NCBI RefSeq assembly: GCF_006345805.1
Contig: NW_021829643.1
Span: 1 to 33,205 of the forward strand
DNA: 33,205 nucleotides
Origin: Octopus sinensis
Lineage: Eukaryota
Direction: 5' to 3'
Positions 1 through 11,990 of this stretch are shown here, one piece after another. Numbering within the stretch: position 1 is the first letter of the stretch; each line of letters begins with the position of its first letter. The position numbers and the translations under genes were made by a program. The notes under the pieces were generated by a model. The model saw only the letters and a program-made list of their open reading frames with translations, searched no databases and was not told the origin of the DNA.

Positions 1-271
1 CTCCGGCAGGGGATGGCGGTGATCCCTGCTGTACTCTTTCACCACAACTTTCTCTCACTCTTACTTCCTGTTTCTGTTTTACCTGTATTTCAAGGGGCTG
101 GCCTTGTCGCTCTCTGTGTCACGCTGAATATCCCCGAGAACTACGTTAAGGGTGCACGTGTCTGTGGAGTGCTCAGCCACTTACACGTTAATTTCACGAG
201 CAGGCTGTTCCGTTGATTCGGATCAACCGGAACCCTCATCGTCGTAACCGACGGAGTGCTTCCATCCATCC
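1..271 (+). mobile_element. SINE-C1 (tRNA-derived SINE), 5' part cut off by the window edge
   Basis: Near-identical to the reverse complement of 27896-28284, which carries the tRNA-like head; terminal hairpin at 207-233 and (CCAT)n-like tail. Confidence 0.9.
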
Positions 272-540
272 TTCTGGAGTTTATAAACTGGAATAGTAGT
301 CAAGTAGTGGGGTCAATTTAAAACGGAGGAGTATGTAACTAGTTGTATACTATCTGAGAAAGATGAGAAGTCTTATTCATTGTTATAGAAGGAAAATTGT
401 TACAAGATATGAAATGTTCTATTCAATAATTATCTGAAATTAAACACGGATTTGATAAAAATACAAGAGTAAAACGTTACGATTCATAAATGTTGTAGTC
501 ATGCAGAGATCGAAAATCCATATGTTGGTCATGAGAATGT

Positions 541-631
541 CACACACACACACACACACATACACACACACACACACATACACACACACACATGCACACA
601 CACACGCACACACACACGCACACACACACAT
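541..631. repeat. (CA)n microsatellite, interrupted
   Basis: Direct reading. Confidence 0.95.
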
Positions 632-839
632 ATAGATAGATTAATACATTCATGCACACATACAAACATGAATACAAAGATGTGTATAGGTTGTGTGTGG
701 TTATATGTGTTTGCATAGTTGCTTCATTATTTTTTTAAAATAAATCTTGGCCCAATGACAAAACCCTTAAAGCATCCTCGAATAAATTTCTCCTCCACCA
801 CTTTTTTTAAAAACCTTGGCAAATCTTCCACGCTCTTTA

Positions 840-877
<38 letters not shown>

Positions 878-925
878 ACCTACCTGTCTGTTTGTTGATC
901 TAACTACGTACACACACACACGCAC

Positions 926-958
<33 letters not shown>

Positions 959-982
959 TGTGTATGTATGTATGTATGTATG

Positions 983-1043
<61 letters not shown>
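840..1043. repeat. Compound microsatellite (TATC)n-(CA)n-(TATG)n-(TA)n
   Basis: Direct reading. Confidence 0.95.
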
Positions 1044-1210
1044 GCATGTATGGTGTGTATAATTTTCTGTAAGTATATAATTATGTTTAGGTATATAATT
1101 ATCTATGTGTATCTAATTATATGTGTGTATATACAATTACATCATTTTTGTAAACTTAGTAAACTCAAAAACGTTGCGTGCACCAACAATTATAAGCGCA
1201 CACAGGCACA

Positions 1211-1255
<45 letters not shown>

Positions 1256-1625
1256 ACATTACCAATATTATATCTGTAGAAAAGCGTTCCTTTCATGCAC
1301 TCGTTCAAATAAGGTTAGCAACCGTTTTTCCCTCTCTTAAACATACACCTTTATTTACTTCTCGCGATTTTCTATTTTGAATTCCTTTCTCTAGGCATCT
1401 GTCCAAATTTATATTAATGGTGGAATTTTTTTCGATTGAATCGATATCAGAATGTTATTAGCAGTTCAACACTTGAACCAACGACGGTACCTTTATATAA
1501 TTATGCTGTCTGCTAGAAAGAGAACACAGATGTCCTTCAAATCATAGCCCTTTCGTCATAAATACGGGAAGGGCACGTTATGTTAGGTGATATCCTTTCC
1601 TACATAGACACAATTTCTGAACTTT

Positions 1626-1761
1626 TGGGTGACGGCTAGTTGATTACATCGACCCCAGAACTTGATTAGCAGTTAGCTTATGGACCCTTAAGAGATGAAA
1701 GGGCAAGTCAACCTCGGCGGCATTTTGAAATTAGAACGTAAAGACGGAAGAAATGCCGCTA
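1626..1761 (-). mobile_element. SINE-B fragment, diverged
   Basis: gattacatcgacccca...gatgaaagggcaagtcaacctcggcgg matches the reverse complement of the SINE-B body at 5104-5330. Confidence 0.75.
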
Positions 1762-1902
1762 CACATACACATACACACACACATATATGAATGAATATGT
1801 GTGCGTGTGTCTGGATATGTATGTATATTTTATCTCTTCCCTATATTTGTTTCAGTCTTTGAACTGAAGCCAGAACCATGTGATTGGCGAGCAAACTTAT
1901 CG

Positions 1903-2061
<159 letters not shown>

Positions 2062-2189
2062 ATTAATTATACAGTAAATAATTATTCACCCGTTTTTGCC
2101 GGTTTCATATGCACTGACCAATAATTCATTAGAGGGGAACAAAATATATCTTTCGAATAACATTCTATTTTCAAAAGAAACACATGCCA

Positions 2190-2960
2190 ACAAATATCTG
2201 GAACTGCGGTGGGTACAAACGTTGCCCCAACTTCGCCATGGCATTTTTAGGAGTTCAGATGTATGAACAGTGCCAAAACAGAGGACAGATTCAACTTTGG
2301 AAATGACACTTAGATGACTGCCTTACTCTTTGAGTATACAACCTGGATGAACTCAAATTCCAACTCAATAGCATCAATAACAGTATTCAGTTAATCACAG
2401 AATTTAGCCATAACCGACATTTTGATTATTAAGAATGACACGAACGTAGGGAATGGAATAGAACGCGTCAAAGCAATAACCACAGAGTATTTAAGAAATG
2501 TCAAAAACTATATACTCACTTATTACATACTACCCAAGAAACGTAGAAGCCTTCAACATTAGCTTTCAGGACAAACCATCATTGAGACAAGATCTAAGAA
2601 TGAAAAAGGAACTATCAAATGCAAAAAGCAACTAAAGTCCCTAAGAAAAACTACGTACCAATGCGAAACTACCAACTACGGTCTCAACTCCAACAGCAAA
2701 AATGTGTGGCCAATCTACTTGCGGAACTTGTGAGAACCTTACTGAGGGCACAACTTATAATTTTACATAAGGACAAGTTCTTACGGTGAAAGACCAAATG
2801 CAGTGGATGTCAGGGAAGACTAATTTGGACAAACCAAACTCACTTCAAGAATGAGATTAAATATTACTCATCAACACATACACGATCCCAAAACAAGACA
2901 AATTTCACTTAGTGAACATCCGGGCCTATACTCGAAAACGAAGTCTTCAAAATTTTGTGT
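2190..2960 (+). mobile_element. Decayed Penelope-like element (RT plus cysteine motif preceding GIY-YIG)
   Basis: Manual translation across stops and frameshifts gives QISGTAVGTNVAP, LWK*HLDDC, LNSINNSIQLITEFS, CGQSTCGTC and RQISLSEH. These resemble the Penelope motifs GTAMGT..AP, W.RYIDD, LN..H..I.FT.E and C...RC.TC. Confidence 0.7.
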
Positions 2961-2985
2961 CTTCATCTCTCTCAATGTGCAGTTC

Positions 2986-3460
2986 CGAAATAATTGTTAA
3001 GCTCTGGCTAGACAGTGTATGCAATGGAAGGCCATATGTGTTTCAGTAAGACTGCACTGTCACACATGACTCTAGTAACACAGGAACGGATGGCTGAAAA
3101 TTTTTATGATCACATAACTCCCTAACATTTTGGCCTCCTAATTCCCAAGATCTCAATCCATTGGACAATGGATTAAGAGAGAGATCAACGAAAACGCCCA
3201 TAACACTAAAGATTCTTTGAAAGCTGCCATAGTCAGAGTAATGTTCAAAATGAACCAGAGCCACTTGATTCGAGCATGTAGATTATTTAGATCTCATACA
3301 GAAGCAGTTGTTGAAGCTGAAGATGGCTTTATTGAATAACATTATAGAAAAGAAGGTTTATTCTTATCCGCATAGCAGTTTTTGATAAATAAAGTTATCT
3401 GTTATTATATATCAGTTTCTTATAAACATAGATCTGTCCTCAAATATCTTGCGCACCCTG
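2986..3460 (+). mobile_element. Tc1/mariner-superfamily transposon, 3' remnant (transposase C-terminus plus right TIR)
   Basis: Translates to RPYVFQ*D...WPPNSQDLNPLD...KDSLKAAIVRV...EAVVEAEDGFIE*; ends in GCACCCTG followed by TA at 3461-3462. Confidence 0.8.
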
Positions 3461-3571
3461 TATATACATGTGTGTGTATACATTCGTACACACACTCTCT
3501 CTCTTTCTCACACACACTCTCTCTCTTTCTCACACACACTCACGCACACACACATATATATTGGTTTGTTT

Positions 3572-3691
3572 ATGTCCCTATAACTTAGTCGTTCGGCAAA
3601 AGTGAACAATAGAATAAATACCAAGCTTAAAATAAAATAGTAGTAAGGTCAATTTGTTCGACAGAACTCTTCAAGTTGGCGCCACACCATG
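3572..3691 (+). mobile_element. SINE-A 3' module, old diverged fragment
   Basis: taacttagtcgttcggcaaaagtgaacaatagaataaatacc resembles the 3' module at 7636-7847. Confidence 0.6.
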
Positions 3692-3806
3692 TCTACATCC
3701 CACGCTTCGCCTGGTTCAAGAATCGAAACCACAATCTTACAATTAGTACTTTAATCACTGGGCCTTCTTACATCTCCACTAAAACAAGTAAAAAAGTATA
3801 ATATAT

Positions 3807-3810
<4 letters not shown>

Positions 3811-3879
<69 letters not shown>

Positions 3880-3900
3880 CACACACATATATATATATAT
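3811..3900. repeat. (CA)n(TA)n microsatellite
   Basis: Direct reading. Confidence 0.95.
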
Positions 3901-4983
3901 GGTAGAGACACATTCACATGTATATTGACACGAAGGAAGAGCGCAAAATAAAAAAGGAGAGAAAGAAAAAGAGAGAGTTGACAGAAGGAAGATATAAGAA
4001 CATCAGATTAAATGCGAAACAGCGTCTATCAAATATGAACTAGAAATACGAAGCAGACGTGCAGCATATATTTTCTCGTCTGAAATTCTAGTCTTACATA
4101 TATTTGTAGCTTTGATCACATGTAAGGCATGAAAATAAATTAATGTAATTACGAACATTGTTGTACACCACCCGCACACACACACATATATATATATGTA
4201 TATATACATATTCACAAGCACTCTCGCTATATCACATGCTTAGCTACAGACGCATTCGTACGCGCACATATAAATGTATGTGAGTGAGCGTATGTGTCGA
4301 ATCCGTATACGTGTAAAAGCATACAGTAGTTGCTTCGCTTGTACACTCAACATTCTGTAAACGTTAACATCGAACAACGATCGACACCAGATGTAATATA
4401 GTAGAGGAGAAATGATAACAGGACGGAATTAGTAAGAAAATATCAACATATAATAAACAATACGGAAAACAGCATACGTATCAAGCAGAAAGAAATCTTC
4501 ATGTGATAAACAAAAAAAGAGAAGAAAAGATATCAAATGTTATATCGATTATATGACAAGTTTACAATAGATGTTTTCGTGTAACGTCCGTCTCTTAGTT
4601 GTGCTTGAGGTAGTTATCAAGAGACGAAAGTCAGTGCTAGCTAACGGTGTTTTTTTTACCTTCGTTGATTTCATAGCGTCTATTGCATCGCTGCGGCATC
4701 GCCATCACATCGCATCTTGCATCACCGTTGTTTTGCTGTCGGCTTCCTTATGACATTGCCATGACATCGCTATGGTATCACCATGTCATCGCTATGGCAT
4801 AGCGCGTGTTTATTTATCATTTGGCCGTGGCGTAAATGTACACACACACACACACGCGCGCACACAAACATACATACCCAATATTACATGCTTAAATAGA
4901 GATATAAACAGGTATGTTTACATGAACATACGTATATATGAAGGAAAAATACATTATATATACCTACACACACACACACCACA

Positions 4984-5021
<38 letters not shown>

Positions 5022-5025
5022 ACAC

Positions 5026-5067
<42 letters not shown>

Positions 5068-5103
5068 TATAATGTACGTGTGTGTGTATATATATATATA
5101 TAC

Positions 5104-5330
5104 GGTGAGCTGGCAGAAACGTTAGCACGCCGGGCGACCTGCGTAGCCGTATTTCGTCTGTCGTTACGTTCCGAGTTCAAATTCCGCCGAGGTCGACTTT
5201 GCCTTTCATCCTTTTGGGGTCGATAAATTAAGTACCAGTTACGCACTGGGGTCGATGTAATCGACTTAAACCCTTTGTCTGTCCTTGTTTGTCCCCTCTG
5301 TGTTTAGCCCCTTGTGGGTAGTAAAGAAAG
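5104..5330 (+). mobile_element. SINE-B, full length, Tx1-like tail
   Basis: Head GGTGAGCTGGCAGAAAC, B-box-like GAGTTCAAATTCC, central GCCTTTCATCC...GTCGATAAATTAAGTACCAG, tail TTTGTCCCCTCTGTG...TAAAGAAA; flanked by (TA)n. Confidence 0.9.
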
Positions 5331-5347
5331 ATATATATATATATGAT

Positions 5348-5650
5348 GGAGGCACAATGGCCCAGTGGTTAGAGCCGCGGTCGCAGGATCGCGGTTTCGA
5401 TTCCCAGACCGGGTGTTGTGAGTGTTTATTGAGCGAAAACACCTAAAAGCTCCACGAGGCTCCGGCAGTGGGTGGAGGCGATCCCTGCTGTATTCTTTCG
5501 CCACGACTTTCTCTCACTCTTTCTTCCGTTGGCCTGCTCTCTTAGCCAGCGGGGTGGCGTCATTCAAAGGCTATAACAATGCGAAGCGCATTGTGACCAG
5601 CGACGTGTAGCAACATCTGATAGTCTGGTCGGTCACAGTGATCACGGTGA
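5348..5650 (+). mobile_element. SINE-C2 (tRNA-derived; same head as C1, different tail)
   Basis: A-box-like TGGCCCAGTGG and B-box-like GGTTTCGATTCCC; first ~180 nt shared with 28284-28100. Confidence 0.85.
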
Positions 5651-5670
5651 TATATATATATATATATATA

Positions 5671-5998
5671 CTGTTTTACTTGTTTCAGTCATTTGACTAC
5701 GGCCATGCTGGAACACCGCTTTTAGTAGAGGAAATCTTGTAAGCCTAGTTCTTATTCTATCGCTCTCTTTTGCCGAGCCACTAAGTTACGGGGACGTAAG
5801 CACACCAGCATCGGTTGTCAAGCGATGTTGGGTGGGAGGACAAACACAGACACACAAACACATATATAAACTTCTTTTAGTTTCCGCCTACCCGTTCTAT
5901 AGTAGAAGACACTTCCCCAAGGTGCCACGCAGTGGGACTGAACCCGGAACCATGCGGTTGGTAAGCAAGCTACTTACCACACAGCCACACCTACGCCT
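5671..5998 (-). mobile_element. SINE-A, internally deleted
   Basis: Reverse complement of the head and 3' module seen at 7435-7847. Confidence 0.9.
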
Positions 5999-6158
5999 AT
6001 ATATACTTATACCGTCTCCGATGAAGGGATATTATTATTATTAATTAATATTCTAGAAACAGCTATAAGACCTTCTATCTATAAATGCTCATATATAAAT
6101 GCTTTAATATATATACAGCTTTGGTTTTTTTTTATCTCATTACGCAAAAAAATTATAT

Positions 6159-6311
6159 AGGAGTGGCTGTGTGGTAAGTAGCTTGCTTGCCAACCACATG
6201 GTTCCGGGTTCAGTCCCAGTGCGTGGCACCTTGGGCAAGTGTCTTCTACTATAGCCTCGGGCCGACCTTGTGAGTGGATTTGGTAGACGGAAACTGAAAG
6301 AAGCCCGTCGT
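6159..6311 (+). mobile_element. SINE-A head only (ends at duplication junction)
   Basis: GGAGTGGCTGTGTGGTAAG...GGTTCAGTCCC...CCTTGGGCAAGTGTC, then (TA)n. Confidence 0.9.
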
Positions 6312-6388
6312 ATATATGTATATATATATATATATTATATATATATATATATAATAATGTAAGTGTGTGTGTATATATATATATATAC

Positions 6389-6613
6389 GGTGAGCTGGCA
6401 GAAACGTTAGCACGCCCGGCGACCTGCGTAGCCGTATTTCGTCTGTCGTTACGTTCCGAGTTCAAATTCCGCCGAGGTCGACTTTGCCTTTCATCTTTTT
6501 GGGGTCGATACATTAAGTACCAGTTACGCACTGGGGTCGATGTAATCGACTTAAACCCTTTGTCTGTCCTTGTTTGTCCCCTCTGTGTTTAGCCCCTTGT
6601 GGGTAGTAAAGAA
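6389..6613 (+). mobile_element. SINE-B (duplicate of 5104-5330)
   Basis: Shares the private variant GGCGACCTGCG with 5104-5330. Confidence 0.9.
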
Positions 6614-6631
6614 GAGTATATATATAATGAT

Positions 6632-6929
6632 GGAGGCACAATGGCCCAGTGGTTAGAGCCGCGGTCGCAGGATCGCGGTTCGATTCCAGACCGGGTGTTG
6701 TGAGTGTTATTGACGAAAACACCTAAAACTCCCGAGGCTCCGGCAGTGGGTGGAGGCGATCCCTGCTGTATTCTTTCGCCACGACTTTCTCTCACTCTTT
6801 CTTCCGTTGGCCTGCTCTCTTAGCCAGCGGTGTGGCGTCATTCAAAGGCCGATAACAATGCGAAGCGCATTGTGACCAGCGACGTGTAGCAACATCTGAT
6901 AGTCTGGTCGGTCACAGTGATCACGGTGA
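6632..6929 (+). mobile_element. SINE-C2 (duplicate of 5348-5650)
   Basis: Direct alignment by eye. Confidence 0.85.
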
Positions 6930-6947
6930 TATATATATATATATATA

Positions 6948-7278
6948 CTGTTTTACTTGTTTCAGTCATTTGACTAACGGCCATGCTTGAACACCGCTTT
7001 TAGTAGAGGAAATCTTGTAAGCCTAGTTCTTATCTATCGCTCTCTTTTGCCGAGCCACTAGTTACGGGACGTAAGCACACCAGCATCGGTTGTCAAGCGA
7101 TGTTGGGTGGAGGACAAACACAGACACACAAACACATATATAAACTTCTTTAGTTTCCGCCTACCCGTTCTATAGTAGAAGACACTTCCCCAGGTGCCAC
7201 GCAGTGGGACTGAACCCGGAAACCATGGCGGTTGGTAAGCAAGCTACTACTTACCACAAGCCAGCCACACCTACGCCT
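6948..7278 (-). mobile_element. SINE-A (duplicate of 5671-5998)
   Basis: Direct alignment by eye. Confidence 0.9.
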
Positions 7279-7434
7279 ATATATACTTATAACGTCTCCG
7301 ATGAAGATATTATTATTATTATTAATATTCTAGAACAGCTATAAGACCTTCTATCTATAAATGCTCATATATAAATGCTTTAAATATATACAAGCTTTGG
7401 TTTTTTTTTATCTCATTACGCAAAAAAATTATAT

Positions 7435-7586
7435 AGGAGTGGCTGTGTGGTAAGTAGCTTGCTTGCCAACCACATGTTCCGGTTCAGTCCCAGTGCGTGG
7501 CACCTTGGGCAAGTGTCTTCTACTATAGCCTCGGGCCGACCTTGTGAGTGGATTTGGTAGACGGAAACTGAAAGAAGCCCGTCGTA

Positions 7587-7625
<39 letters not shown>

Positions 7626-7847
7626 ATATATATATGTGCGTGTTTGTCCCCCTAGCATTGCTTGACAACCGATGCTGGTGTGTTTATGTCTCCGTCACTT
7701 AGCGGTTCGGCAAAAGAGACTGATAGAATAAGTACTGGGCTTACAAAGAATAAGTCCCGGGGTCGATTTGCTCGACTAAAGGCGGTGCTCCAGCATGGCC
7801 GCAGTCAAATGACTGAAACAAGTAAAAGAGTAAAAGAGTAAAAGAGT
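7435..7847 (+). mobile_element. SINE-A, full length
   Basis: tRNA-like head, internal (TA)n, 3' module, CAGTCAAATGACTG hairpin and (GAGTAAAA)n tail. Confidence 0.92.
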
Positions 7848-8584
7848 CATACATACGCATATAGTTACACATACAGACCTAAATGCAATAAATATACAAT
7901 GTATGTGTATATATAATGATTGATATACATATAACATATATATATGTATATATATTATATATGTGTGCGTATGCATATATATGTGTGTGTGTGTGGATAT
8001 TATGTTGTAGTGTTGTATTTTATTTTATTATGTGTATGGTTTAGAGATGTGTATATCATATTCTGTTATGGACGTACGTTTCGATATGGACCGAACATAT
8101 ACGTGTATGTACTTATGTACCTCTGTACTCATATGTTTTTGTCTGTCTGTGTATATATATGTACCTCTGAGCGCACTCTTTCTTTCATATCATAGGTGAT
8201 TATCCCCGCTACAGCACCGTGACATTATGATCTTCCCGATTATCGTTTCTGCGAATTGCATGGTGCAGTGCTTTTAGCCACTACATCACGTCTCATATAT
8301 AGATTGTATCGGGATTTCATTTTGCGGACAACTGCTTATGATGTGAGTCACATCTTTGGTGTTCATTCCTTAGTCAGTATCAGCTGTTACATCTTCGCGT
8401 TTTATTTAATCCCAATCACTTTTCTGCTAAAGGAGTTTTTTTAATTATTTCTTTTCGTTTTTTTCTTTTTGTATGTTACTGGGCAGCATATATGACAGCT
8501 GTAGGGCCAAAATAAACTACTAATCTAGTTTCTGTGGTACTGTTTATCTGAGATTTCCTAATAAGAAGCCGTTGAATGACTCGC

Positions 8585-8961
8585 TTTACTCCTTTACTCT
8601 TTTACTTGTTTCAGTCATTTGACTGTGGCCATGCTGGAGCACCGCCTTTAGTCGAGAAAATCGACCGCAGGACTTATTCTTTAAAAGTACTTATTCTATC
8701 GGTCGCTTTGCCGAACCGCTAAGTTACGGGGATATTGGTGGGGGGACAAACACAGACACACAAATTTATACACACACATGGATATATATATACATATATA
8801 AGACGGGCTTCTTTCAGTTTCCGTCTACCAAATCCACTCACAAGGCTCTGGTCGGCCCGAGGCTATAGTAGAAGACACTTGCCCAAGGTGCTATGCAGTG
8901 GGACTGAACCCGGAACCATGTGGTTGGTAAGCAAGCTACTTACCACACAGCCACTCCTACG
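8585..8961 (-). mobile_element. SINE-A, near full length
   Basis: Reverse complement of 7435-7847. Confidence 0.92.
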
Positions 8962-9009
8962 ACTATTTACAAATAATAATTATTTCTTATTTTAACACAA
9001 GACCAGTAA

Positions 9010-9192
9010 TTTGAAAAGAAGGAGCTAGTCGATTTTATCGATCCCAGCACTTAAGTACTTATTCTATCGATCTCGAAAGAATGAAAGAATGAAAATCGAC
9101 TTCGGCAGAATTTGAGCGCAGAACATAAAAATTGAAATGTTCGTTAAGCATTTTCTCCGGCAAGCTAACGATTCTGCCAACTCACCGCCTTA
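9010..9192 (-). mobile_element. SINE-B, old diverged copy
   Basis: gtacttattctatcga...aaatcgacttcggcagaatttga...ctcaccgcctta. Confidence 0.7.
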
Positions 9193-9214
9193 CTGATGAT
9201 GATGATGGTGGTGG

Positions 9215-9247
<33 letters not shown>

Positions 9248-9652
9248 AATTTTTGTGGTGAAGTGTACAACATCTCAACTTTTGAGGCTGTATATCTCTC
9301 GTTATCAACTATGTGATAGGCAAACGTTGAAGCTTAAAATTTAATGGACGCAGTCTAAAGAATATGATGTGGTACTGAAAGTTTGTTAAATCGATGTTAA
9401 GCCTCTGGCGCCTTAGTTTCAGTTTTAGGCAAGAATGGTTAGAATCACTAATGATCTGGAAATTTCCAGTATTAGTTGTGTTTTTAATAACCGCGAACTC
9501 AGCTCTCATCAAATGACCCAAATGTTGGTATTAAATTGCTACAGCAAACACATTGTGGGTCATTCATTTATTTTTTGTAGGTCATTATTCATTTATTGTA
9601 GGTCATTCATTTATTGAGAGCTTCGAAAACTACATTTAAAAGAAAAATATCC

Positions 9653-10042
9653 AGGCGTAGGAGTGGCTGTGTGGTAAGTGGCTTGCTTACCAACCACATG
9701 GTTCTGGGTTCAGTCCCACTGCATGTCTTCTACTATAGCCACGGGCCGACCAAAGCCTTGTGAGTGGATTTGGTAGACGGAAACTGAAAGAAGCCCATCG
9801 TATATATGTATATATACATATATGTGTATGTGTGGGTGTGTTTGTGTTTCAGTGTTTGTTCCCAACCAACATTGCTGGACAACCGATGCTGGTATGTTTA
9901 CGTCCCCGTAACTTAGCGGTTCGGCAAAAGGGTCCGATAGAATGAGTACTAGGCTTACAAAGAATAAGTGCTGGGGTCGATTTGCTCGACTAAAGGCGGT
10001 GCTCCAGCATGGCCGCAGTCAAATGACCGAAACAAGTAAAAA
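9653..10042 (+). mobile_element. SINE-A, near full length
   Basis: Head plus 3' module as at 7435-7847. Confidence 0.92.
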
Positions 10043-10179
10043 ACTAAAAATAATATTCCCTGGTTAAGCGTTTCTTGTTGCAAGTAACTACAGACGATAC
10101 ATTTTCGTTCAGTTGCAATACTTCTATCAATGAAATTGTCAAGCTTTTGATAGAGATTATGTATGGCCATCTTGTCGCT

Positions 10180-10390
10180 TTCCTTCGTTTAACGGTTGGT
10201 AATATTTATCTGGGCTCCACTTCAAAATTCTTTGAAAATGTCGTAACTTCGTGAAAACTTTCATATTTTGCATATAGTTTCAGGTCGTCAACGAACAAGT
10301 TACGCATCAAATTGATGTTTCTGTTTTCTTGTGAAAAATCACCTGACCTTCAGGTGACTTTAATCAAAAGGATAAAAGATTCCCTGTAAG
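10180..10390 (-). pseudogene. Decayed non-LTR reverse transcriptase fragment (R4/Dong- or RTEX-like)
   Basis: Reverse strand of 10266-10300 reads NLFVDDLKLYAK, followed by TFSK...DK...TVKRRK, resembling the HLLYMDDLKLYAK...FS.DIGM.FG.DKC...KRGK pattern. Confidence 0.5.
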
Positions 10391-10401
10391 TATAAATAAC
10401 T

Positions 10402-10803
10402 CTTTTTTTTACTTGTTTCAGTCATTTGACTACGGCCATGCTGGAGCTCCGCCTTTAGTCGAGCAAATCGACCGCAGGACTTATTCTTTGTAAGCCTAGT
10501 ACTTATTCTATCGGTCCCTTTTGCCGAACCGCTAAGTTACGGGGACGTAAACACACCAGCATCGGTTGTCAAGCGATGTTGGGGAGACAGACACAGACGC
10601 ACAAACATACACACATACATATATATATATACATATATACGGCGGGCTTCTTTCAGTTTCCGTCTACCAAATCCACTCACATGGCTTTGGTCGGCCCGAG
10701 GCTATAGTAGAAGGCACTTGCCCAAGGTGCCACGCAGTGGGACTGAACCCGGAACCATGTAGTTCGTAAGCAAGCTACTTACCACACAGCCACTCCTGCG
10801 CCT
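10402..10803 (-). mobile_element. SINE-A, full length
   Basis: Reverse complement of 7435-7847. Confidence 0.92.
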
Positions 10804-10968
10804 ACACAAACATATACTTTTGCGATCCATTATTGTGTCAGATACTATACAATTCCTTACTGTAAATAACATTAAGTTGACAGCCTACAACTAAGCCAGG
10901 TGGTTCATGACTTTGATTATTGTCTTTAGAAGGGGCTTCGATGGAGCTTCTAGCATCCACGAGTGAGG

Positions 10969-11165
10969 AAACAGAATTGAATGCTTTCATATGTACGCAT
11001 GTATGTACGTATATCAGTTGAGAAACGTATAATTCTTACAGGATAAGTGCTTAGAGACAGCGATGTATACACACATACATAGTAATGTTTACATGTGCTT
11101 ACATATAGGAGTGTTAATACGAAGTAACACAATAAGGTTGTGTATGGATATGTATAATGGTATGC
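10969..11165 (+). repeat. Left arm of 197-bp inverted repeat
   Basis: Ungapped reverse-complement match to 12655-12851 with about 12 mismatches. Confidence 0.95.
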
Positions 11166-11669
11166 GTTATTTTCGTTCGATGTCTGAAAGAATCTATGCA
11201 ATAATGTATACAAAAATATGTATGTTTGTGTGTGCGTGTGTATAAACTGCTTTTGTATGAGCACATACGCACAAGTGTTTATGCGTGTATGCGTGCTCGT
11301 GCGTTTGTGTGTGATGTGTAAGTGCTTGTGCGTTCGTTGTTTGTAAGCACTTTCAAAAGGAAAGAAGTCAGAATATCACCATCTTAATTCTTTTAAGTCA
11401 GCTGACTGAGTCAAGTGTTATTAATAATGTCAGAAAACAAATAATGTTATAGCGTATATATATATATATCTTTTTTTTTGTGTGTAGGATTTGCAAATAC
11501 GAAGAAGTGCATGAATAAGAACGAGGATCAGTGTATGCATGCGCGCGTGTGTGAGCCTAAGAATATGTTTGTGTGTTTCTATGTGTGACGGCAAGGTATT
11601 GTTATATAACATAAATATATGAATATCTTTTTGTAATTATAAGTGTCTGTATGAGTGTTTGTGTGAGTG

Positions 11670-11702
11670 TATGTATATATATATATATTATATATATATA
11701 TA

Positions 11703-11737
<35 letters not shown>

Positions 11738-11990
11738 GTATGTATGTATGTATACATACATATATATATATATGTATATATATATATATTATATATATAT
11801 ATATAATATATATATATATATATACATATGTATGTATGTATACATACATATATATATATATATACATATGTATGTATGTATGTATACATACATATATATA
11901 TATATATTATATATAACAGTAATAATAATAACAACAATAAATTATATATATATATATATATGTGTATGTATATATATACATACATATACA
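11670..11990. repeat. (TA)n/(TATG)n compound array with a repeated CATATGTATGTATGTA..TACATACA unit
   Basis: Direct reading. Confidence 0.9.

Larger units (their letters stand above)
5071..7630. repeat. Direct tandem duplication of a ~1.28-kb unit (about 5071-6355 and 6356-7630)
   Basis: Same SINE-B / SINE-C2 / SINE-A(-) / spacer / SINE-A(+) order and the same unique spacer, at an offset of 1274-1285 nt; junctions fall in (TA)n. Confidence 0.95.

Noticed and set aside
4660-4805. Locally repeated CATCGC/GCATC words
   Set aside because: No stable period or structure; treated as degenerate low-complexity sequence.
8170-8345. Possible host exon after the acceptor-like TTTCTTTCATATCATAG (8196)
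   Set aside because: All three frames stop within 12 codons and there is no recognisable product; cannot be supported without transcript data.
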